In this document: positions 1-7,899 of the stretch, in pieces
How positions within the stretch are numbered: position 1 is the stretch's first letter
How the letters are laid out: each line of letters begins with the position of its first letter
DNA from: Mobula hypostoma
Taxonomy: Eukaryota
Length of the DNA: 64,000 nucleotides
Direction of reading: 5' to 3'
Assembly: GCF_963921235.1 (NCBI RefSeq)
Contig: NC_086105.1
Span: 26,040,001-26,104,000, forward strand
Translations under genes and position numbers: made by a program
Notes under the pieces: generated by a model
Database searches by the model: none
What the model was told of the DNA's origin: nothing
Seen by the model: only the letters and a program-made list of their open reading frames with translations

Positions 1-107
1 AAAGGGAGAGTTTTAACACCAACGAAGGGCTTGGATATTTATTAACTGAACCGCAAATGGGTTCATGGGGGAGGAACGGCCCCCGATACGCACCCAGCCC
101 CACTCAC

Positions 108-160
108 CTCGTCCGGCGGTTCCCACTCCGCCGAGCACCGAACAACACCGACTACCCAGC
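108..160 (-). other. Putative non-coding first exon of a divergently transcribed gene (candidate DNAJB9); 5' end approximate
   Basis: Perfect - strand donor GAG|GTGAGT (complement of actcacctc at 102-110), downstream of a - strand CCAAT (215-211) and a TATA-like TATAGGAG (~181-174). The DNAJB9 identity is inferred only from the human THAP5/DNAJB9 head-to-head arrangement. Confidence 0.5.
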
Positions 161-308
161 GCCGGCGCACCTCCTCCTATAGAGCCCGTTCCTCCACGAA
201 TCACTCGCTCATTGGCCACCTTCGCCCCGCGTCACCCCCCCCACGTTCCTGTGACCTCACGTCCGCCAGTGAACGCGCCTGCGCGGCTAGCCCAGTTGCC
301 CCGCAGCA

Positions 309-391
309 ATGCCCAGGTACTGTGCGGTGGACAGTTGCTCCAATCGAAGTGGCCAGTTATCGTCCGATCATCAGAAGCTCGGCTTCTACCC
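309..391 (+). CDS. THAP5: THAP domain-containing protein 5(-like), coding exon 1
   Basis: ATG at 309 gives MPRYCAVDSCSNRSGQLSSDHQKLGFY(P), matching the THAP5 N-terminus (MPRYCA..C.NR...KL.FYP). Donor CC|GTAAGT, phase 2. Confidence 0.92.
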
Positions 392-666
392 GTAAGTATG
401 GGTCCCGCAGCATCGTAGCCGGCTTCAGGACTGTGAGTAGCTGTCGTGATGTTTATAATAGGTAAGGGGTCAGGGACCCTATTAAGGTTTATGACGCAAC
501 AGGGCACTCAGGGGGTATCAACCTTGTTCTAAGTCTGAACATTTTTAATATTGCTGCAAATTTAGTACATCTGACTGGAATCATTCCATCCCACATGAAT
601 GACATTTAGTTTAAAGAGTTGCAACTTATACCTAAACGTGAATACACTGTGGTATTGTTGGCAAGT

Positions 667-1074
667 CTCCCAAGAAGACCACAGCCTTGTGTTTTGGAAC
701 CTTGTGTCCCTCAGTGACTCGGAGAGCTCCGTTGGCTGAAGTCAGGACTTTATGCTTTGATTCTTAGTCGGATCATCCATACCAAACAGGTCAAAGGGCA
801 GAGGCCAGACTAAGAGTGGTCCACTGGTCCTCCAGGTTCGGGGGTTCAGCTCAGGACTAACAACCCTGACTGGTGAAACAAAATTGTTACGGAACCAGCA
901 ATGACATCTGAGTATGACAGTACTCCTCGGTCTCTACTCGGGACTTGCATGACTGACAGTGGTGAAAATCGGGAGGAAGATACTGACGCAATGAAGGAAG
1001 CCCTGAATGCCGCAAGAGATGGAGGACCTTCATTGCTGCCCTAAATAACTGCAGCGTAATGGACAGTAAGTAAA
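667..1074 (+). mobile_element. Non-autonomous bipartite RTE-derived retroelement (5' UTR joined to 3' end)
   Basis: RTE-like 5' UTR sequence joined to an RTE-like 3' end (ggaggaccttcattgctgcccta...agtaagtaa). Degenerate 14-bp TSD: TATTGTTGGCAAGT (653-666) and TATTGCTGACAAGT (1075-1088). Confidence 0.65.
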
Positions 1075-1556
1075 TATTGCTGACAAGTGAGTTAGGATAC
1101 ACTGTCCAAAATCAAGGCTATTCGTGACTGAAGGATTTTTTTTAATCATTATGTTGCTAAAGCTACAGATGGATATTTACATAAAAACGAATGTCCATTT
1201 AGGTCAACACCAGGAAAAGTTGATTGGAGTGCTGGAGGAAGAAAGGTGCTGAATGTATCAGTCAGATACTTTCACAACAAGGTAGGTATGTAATGGGATG
1301 AATGGAATAAATATATTTGAGGAAGTTGAAAAAGAAAGCTATATTGATTAAACTTGGTCCAAAATTTCACTAATGCTTCAGTAGATGATTGAATACTGAA
1401 GATCAGCAGGATTAGTAAATGATAAGATTTGAGATAGAAAAAAATACTTTGTGTGGGAGTGAAAAGTTATATTCCGGAAAGATCTACTCAAAAAGATCTT
1501 TGAGGACAGAGACAGGAAGAAGTAGAGGGGATAAAGTGAGAAAGAGCAAAATGGAA

Positions 1557-1630
1557 CTTAACCAGAAAGTGGCTCAGGTCTGAAGCAGATGTGCGCTCTT
1601 AACCAGAAAGTGGCTCAGGTCTCAAGCAGA
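1557..1630. repeat. 33-bp direct duplication with 8-bp spacer
   Basis: CTTAACCAGAAAGTGGCTCAGGTCT(G/C)AAGCAGA at 1557-1589 and 1598-1630. Confidence 0.9.
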
Positions 1631-3188
1631 ATTAATCTGTGCTGAGAAAACACTAAGTCCTGTGAACTTGGAGTTGTAGCTGGGAGGACAATGTCAAATG
1701 ACTCTTCAATCAATCAGTGGTAAATAGTGCAACATCAAACTGATATGTTCAGATAAAAATTCCAAAAACTTCAAATGAAAATAGGACATTGACAAAAGGT
1801 GTTACAGTTAATAATTCTTACCTTCCAATGAAATGTGTGCATACACAAGATAACATACCTTTTAAATCTGACTTCAGTGTTTGAAGGACTATATCCACCT
1901 TGTAATCTGTGAACATAAAGAAACATGCGTTTTGAGGCAAATTTGAGCTAACTTTGCTGGGCTAACAGTAAAATAGTTTGAGTGTATTATTAGATGTAGC
2001 AGCCTTTGAATAAGATTTATTTGATTATTGTGTTACAAATAAATTATTCTGTAGTGAAACTCAAAAGATCCAACATCACAAATCAATGCAATTCAGTTTA
2101 TCATGCCTGTTCAAACTCTTTTTAACTTATCCAAACTTTACCGCATCTTTGTTCTTTTCTCCATAATTCTACAATTTCTTTTCAGACATGTATCCAGTTC
2201 ACTTTGGAAAGATGCACATAAATATACTTCCACAAGCAATGCATAGTAAATAACAACAGCTCCGCATTAAAAAAAACTTCTCCATTACTAATTAAAATAG
2301 CCGCTGCTATACAATGTGTCACAGCGTTCAATCCTTCTACTATACAAGGGCAGAAAACAGCATTGGGTAATGGTTGATTTCACTTTTGTTGACAGTTATG
2401 TTTGAAAACTTAACTAGCTCAGGAGTAAAAATGCAATGAAGACTTATATAATGCAATGAATACTTATATAACATATTATCAATTTTCCTTTTCAATGATA
2501 TTGCATCAAGTGATGAAGTATTGATATTTAATAGAAGTGTTAGCAAAAGCTGAAAAAGCACGTGTAAAAGGAAAGATATAATTCAGAACACCAGTCAATG
2601 ATTACTGACAGGAAATAAATCATAGGACAGTCAAAAAATTAAAATTTCAGTCATTGCTTTTGATGAGCAAAATTATAACATTAATGTGCTGCCCATGTGG
2701 CAGTTCATCTCCTTCAAAACATACCATCAATATTAAATAATGCAAGTTCTATATAAAAATGGGAATGCTAGAAACATAAGCAGGGCACTTGTGGAGAGAA
2801 ACAGAATTTTAGACCCTTCATTAGAACTGAAGTTCTATTAGGATGTTGTATTTTATCATTATCTGCAATTTATTTTGTTCTTTTAATGTGAAACTTATAT
2901 CAAATTCACAAATGACTCCTTTACCCAAACCTTAGTCAACTGTATATACTATTCCAACAATGATTACTGCAACATTCCATAGGTACAAAAGTAGTTGGTC
3001 ACTTAGCCATAACTTGTCCTGTACTAACCCTTGGTTGCCCATCACCCATAGTTTCACTAATTTGATTGGGTTGAAAGGTATAATTGCTACTGAAAAGTTG
3101 CTTTGGCATTTTCTCTTAAGTATTTTAACAGTCGTAACAAACTAAGTTTTTATGGACAGACCCCAAGATCTATCATCATTTTAAATCT

Positions 3189-3370
3189 CCCTCCCCCTCC
3201 AACTTTCAAATCCCTTACTCACTCTTCCTTCAGTTAGTCCTGACGAAGGGTCTCGGCCTGAAACGTCGACTGCACCTCTTCCTAGAGATGCTGCCTGGCC
3301 TGCTGCGTTCACCAGCAACTTTTATGTGTGTTGCTTGAATTTCCAGCATCTGCAGAATTCCTGTTGTTAC
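3189..3370 (+). mobile_element. Short Penelope-derived (pLTR) element, copy 1
   Basis: Perfect 12-bp TSD CATTTTAAATCT (3177-3188 and 3371-3382). Near-identical to the reverse complement of 35644-35830. Contains a hammerhead core. Confidence 0.8.
3236..3271 (+). ncRNA. Minimal type I hammerhead ribozyme motif
   Basis: AGTC-CTGACGA-AGGGTCTCGGCCT-GAAAC-GTC-GACT: intact CUGANGA/GAAA core, GUC triplet (cleavage predicted after 3267), stem I AGTC/GACT and a loop-less palindromic stem III (ACGT). Confidence 0.7.
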
Positions 3371-4320
3371 CATTTTAAATCTGTTGTGTTTCCATTCCTA
3401 ATAAATCTAATTTATATTGTAAAGGTGTCAAAGTGAATTTTACTGTGTATAATCATTAATTGATTTAAAAGCTCATTGTTGTTTAATTGAAAACCATTCT
3501 TAGCCTCAACAAATCTGATACACGATGGGTGAAAAGGAATTTATAAGTGCTAACTATACATTTAATAAAATCTAATGCCTTGTACCTTTTGTTTTTCCTG
3601 CTGCAATTTACAGGAGTTTGTTGTACTCCTATGGGGTATTATTACAACTGACTTGTTCTTTACGCAATCTTGCTCTGATCAAACAGAAATCGCCTCTGCC
3701 CACCAGCTTTATATCTTTGGAAATTTGAGCTATAAGTAGAAAGTGAGATTAATATTATAATGAGAATCCGGTTTAATATCACTGCCATATGTCATAAAGT
3801 TTGTTAACTTTATGGCAGCCGTACATTGAAATACATGATAAATATACAGAAAAAATCTGCATTACAGTAAGTATATACATGTGCAAAAAAAAAAGCTGGA
3901 TGTCAAAGGGTTTAGAAGCTGTTCCTGAATCTCTTGAATATGTGTCTTCAGGCTTCTGTACCTCCTTCAATGGTAACAATAAGAAGAGCGCACATCCTGG
4001 GTGGTGGGGTAACACGTAGATGATGGTTGTACTGAATCAAACAAAGTTATGTGGCTGTATGGAACTCAAAAGCAAAAAGATCAGACTGCAAATGTGGTAG
4101 TTGCAGAATAATTAGAAGATGGGGATGATCTATTAAAAAATAGAAATGTAGTGTTCACATGAAAGAAACTTTTAACAGAGAAATTTTGATCACTTTTTTT
4201 AAAAACAGTATTTTGTTTAATTAATGTCGGGAAAGTACATCACAGGAACAGCCCCTTCAGCCCACTTAGTCCATGCCAAACCACTGCAAACTGCCTACCC
4301 CTATCAACTTGCACTGGGAC

Positions 4321-5915
4321 GTGGATGAACCAGGAAGTACGTCATCTGCTGAAGGCTAGATCTGTGGCATTCAAGTCCGGTGTCTCTGGCCTGTACCAGA
4401 AAACCAGGTATGATTTGCAGAGGGCTATTTCAAGGGTGAAGAGACAATTTCAAATGAGGTTGGAGGAGACATCGGATGCACGGCAACTCTGGCTGGGTTT
4501 GCAAGACATTACTTCCTACAAAGTGAAACCCAATAGCATGAATGGCAGTGATGCTTCACCACCAGATAAACTCAACACCTTCTATGCCTGCTTTGAAAGG
4601 GAGAACATAACTACAGCTGTGAAGATCCCTGCTGCACCTGATGACCCTGTGATCTCTGTCTCAGAGGACGATGTCAGGCTGTCTTTAAAGAGAGTGAACC
4701 CTCGCAAGGCAGAAGGTCCAGATGGAGTACCTGGTCAACCAACTAGCGGGAGTATTCAAGGACATTTTCATCCATTCACTGCTACAGGCGGAAGTTCCCA
4801 CTTGCTTCAAAAGGGCAACAATTATACCAGTGCCTAAGAAGAATAATGTGGGCTGCCTAATTGGTGATAACATATCCTCCTCACTAACGATCAACAATGG
4901 TGCACCTCAGGGGTGTGTGCTTAGCCCACTGCTCTACTCTCTATATACACATGACTGTGTGGCTAGACGTAGCTCAAATACCATCTATAAATTTGCTGAT
5001 GATACAGCCATTGTTGGTAGAATCTCAGGTGGTGAGAGGGCATACAGGAGTGAGATATGCTAACTAGTGAACTGGTGTCGCAACAACAACCTGGCACTGA
5101 ACGCCAGTAAGACGAAAGAGCTGATTGTGGACTTCAGGAAGGGTAAGACAAAGGAAGACATACCAATCCTCATAGAGGGATCAGAAGTGAAGAGAGTGAG
5201 CATTTTCAAGTTCCTGGGTGTCAAGATGTCTGAGGATCTAACATATCGATGTAGTTATAAAGAAAGCAAGACAGCGGCTATACACATTAGGAGTTTGAAA
5301 AGATTTGGCATGTCAACAAATACACTCAAAAACTTCTATTGATGTACCATGGAGAGCATTCTGACAGGCTGCATCACTGTCTGGTATGGGGTGGGGTTGG
5401 GGGGGTGGGGAGGAGTTGGTGGCTACTGCACAGGACCAAAAGAAGCTGCAGAGGGTTGTAAATTTAGTCAGCTCCATCTTGGGTACTAGCCCAGGACATT
5501 TTCAGGGAGCAGTGTCTCAGAAAGGCAGCGTCCATTATTAAGGACCTCCAGCACCCAGGTCATGCCCTTTTCTCACTGTTACCATCAGGTAGTAGGTACA
5601 GAAGCCTGAAGGCACACACTCAGCGATTCAGGAACAGTTTCTTCCCCTCTGCCATCCGATTCCTAAATCAACATTGAACCCTTAGACACTACCTCACTTT
5701 TTTTTAATATATAGTATTTCTGTTTTCCACGTTTTTAAAAATCTATTGAATATACATATACTACAATTGATTTACTTATTTATTTACTATTATTTTATTT
5801 TTATTTATTGTTATTACATTTTTCTGTATTATGTATTGCATTGAACTGCTGCTGCTAAGTTAACAAATTTTATGTCACATGCTGGTGATAATAAACCTGA
5901 TTCTGATTCTGATTC
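4321..5915 (+). mobile_element. Rex1/Babar-type LINE, 5'-truncated and internally deleted, nested in CR1
   Basis: [32 protein letters not shown] and KTKELIVDFRK motifs with frameshifts and stops; (TTCTGA)n tail. Confidence 0.85.
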
Positions 5916-6188
5916 TGACCATAGCCCTCCATACCCTACCATCCATGTACCTGTCCAAACTTTTCTTAAACATTGAAATCAAACTCACATGGACCACTTG
6001 TGCTGTCAGCTTGTTCCATACTCTCCCCACCCTCTGAGTGAAGTTGTTTCCTCTCATGTTCCCTTTAAACTTTTCACCTTTCACCTTTAAGCCATGACCT
6101 CTGGTTGTAGTCCCACCCAACCTCAATTGAAAAAACCTGTTTGCATTTACCCTATCTATACCCCTCATAATCTTGTATACCCCTATCA

Positions 6189-6330
6189 TTCTAACATTTC
6201 TAACGTTTAACTGTCATTCATTCTTTGGGGCACTCCTCTGTTTTCGTGGATGGTTGCGAAGAAAAAGAATTTCAGGATGTATACTGTATACATTTCTCTG
6301 ACATTAAATGTACTTTTGAAACCTTTGAAA
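6189..6330 (+). mobile_element. Short LINE 3'-tail insertion nested in CR1
   Basis: Interrupts CR1 continuity and ends in ATTAAA plus a (TTTGAAACC) repeat tail. Confidence 0.55.
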
Positions 6331-6845
6331 CCTCCTCTCAATCTTCTACATTCTAAATAATACTGTCCTAACCTATTCAATCTTTCCTTATAACTCAGGC
6401 TCTCCAGACCTGGCAATATCCTTGTAAATTTTCTCTGTACTTTTTCAACTTTATTTACATCTTTCCTGTAGGTAGGTGAGCAAAATTACACACAATACTC
6501 CAAATTAGGCCTCACCAACATCTTATACAACTTCAACATAACATCCCATCTCCTGTACTCAGTACATTGATTAATGAAGGCCAATGTGGCAAAAGCTTTC
6601 TTTACAATCCTATCTACCTGTGTGGCCACTTTCGATGAATTATGGATCTATGTTGCAGTAATTGGACTCTACTGTGTATAATGATTTAATCTCAACAGTT
6701 AGCTTTTTCTCAAAAGTTACTTTCCATACAGGTGCATAGTATTGTTACACTGCAACATGTGCATCAGTTAACGAAAGCTGTTGCACAGAAGGCAAGATTG
6801 ATAATTGTTATTTAGCTGTCTTATTATGTTTTTCTCTTTGAAAAG

Positions 6846-7038
6846 GTTTCCACTCCAAAACAAAGAGAGACTTAGCAAATGGATGAAGAATATGAAGAGA
6901 GAGGGCTGGTTCCCTACTAAGCACCAGTGCATTTGCAGTGACCATTTTACTGCAGATTCCTTTGAATGGCGCTGGGGTATACGCTATCTGAAGACGCATG
7001 CTATACCAACTCTTTTCTCATTTCCAACTCATCAACAG
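6846..7038 (+). CDS. THAP5: THAP5(-like) coding exon 2 (rest of THAP zinc finger)
   Basis: Acceptor ttctctttgaaaag|G. Encodes FPLQNKERLSKWMKNMKREGWFPTKHQCICSDHFTADSFEWRWGIRYLKTHAIPTLFSFPTHQQ, with the CSDHF and AVPTIF-like box. Donor CAG|GTAAGA; phases join exon 1 correctly. Confidence 0.95.
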
Positions 7039-7134
7039 GTAAGATTGCACCTTATTTTGTAAATTCAAGGTTTAAACAATAAATAATGCAATAAAAATCT
7101 CTTCAAATCAAAAGCATAAAATATTATCTTTCAG

Positions 7135-7686
7135 AATAAGAAGACAAATATTCGTCATATTCGTAGAAAAAATATTTCACCTGAGGGAACTTCAGAAACA
7201 AAACTGGAAATATTTGGTCCGGCTGCGCCAACTGAAATAAACAGTGAAAGCCTAGAATTACCGCTTGCTAGTGCACAGTGCATTGAGCAATCTGAAGGGA
7301 ATACAGGAATTAACACTGCACCAACTCTGGACAATGAAAATTCGGAAGTTGTTGTTCAAGACTCGCCAAATGAGCCCTTCACAATGATAAACGAGGTTGA
7401 AATGAAGCAATTGTTGAACAATAAGCTGCCTGTAGACACTGAGGTTCTACAAGTTGAACATTCATATTGTAGACAAGATACTGACAAAGCCCAACTATGG
7501 GAAAAAATTTCCAGATTACAGAAGAAGATAAAAAAACTCCAGCAACAAGAACAGGGGACTGCAGCAGAGCTTAAGAGAATGGAAAAACTGATTGAGCAGC
7601 TGAAACAAGAGAACCTTATTTCTGAAGTGAAAATGAAGGTTATGGAAAATTGTTTTACAGAATTTGAATTAAATGTTTTACAATAA
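7135..7686 (+). CDS. THAP5: THAP5(-like) coding exon 3 (linker, EHSY HCF-1 binding motif, coiled coil, stop)
   Basis: Acceptor tctttcag|AAT, phase 0, open to TAA at 7684-7686. Contains VEHSYCRQDTDKAQLWEKISRLQKKI...LKQENLISE, the THAP5 C-terminal signature. Spliced CDS is 828 nt (275 aa). Confidence 0.93.
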   Translation, partial: NKKTNIRHIRRKNISPEGTSETKLEIFGPAAPTEINSESLELPLASAQCIEQSEGNTGINTAPTLDNENSEVVVQDSPNEPFTMINEVEMKQLLNNKLPVDTEVLQVEHSYCRQDTDKAQLWEKISRLQKKIKKLQQQEQGTAAELKRMEKLIEQLKQENLISEVKMKVMENCFTEFELNVLQ

Positions 7687-7866
7687 ATGGATTAATTGGT
7701 GATATTAGAAATGTCTGTTTTAAAAGTATTTTTGTCAGCAAATGATTTAGTCGGATAATCCAGCACCTTCTATCATAGTTTTTGGAAAAGTATTAGAACT
7801 TACTTGAGTTAGATTCACTGCATTGCTCATTTAGAAGTTTGGTTATTCATTTACTGGGTAACCAAC

Positions 7867-7872
7867 AATAAA
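7867..7872 (+). terminator. Candidate polyadenylation signal of THAP5 (a second AATAAA overlaps the stop codon at 7682-7687)
   Basis: AATAAA about 180 nt after the stop codon and just before the ERV remnant. Confidence 0.5.
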
Positions 7873-7899
7873 TACACTAAGGACCTGTAATGCTAACAA

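Larger units (their letters stand above)
60..425. promoter_or_regulatory. CpG-island promoter of the THAP5-type gene, probably bidirectional
   Basis: GC/CpG-rich stretch in an AT-rich window, surrounding the ATG at 309. Contains ATTGG (CCAAT on - strand) at 211-215, a GC-box-like CGCCCCGC and several ACGT/CGTCA cores. Confidence 0.8.
4232..6650 (-). mobile_element. CR1 LINE 3' portion, interrupted by two younger insertions
   Basis: CR1 RT C-terminal motifs (GLESLSYKERLNRLG; VYKIMRGIDRV; TRGHGLKVKGEKFKG). The 3' UTR at 4232-4320 continues at ~5917. Confidence 0.85.

Noticed and set aside
13-507. Pro/Gly-rich ORFs 13-219, 65-418 and 232-507
   Set aside because: By-products of the GC-rich promoter; the real coding frame starts at ATG 309 and splices at 391.
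1557-1630. CRISPR-like direct repeat
   Set aside because: Only two units with an 8-bp spacer, no cas genes, and a vertebrate intron context.
7384-7686. Stand-alone 100-aa coiled-coil gene
   Set aside because: It is the in-frame 3' part of THAP5 exon 3, which begins at 7135.
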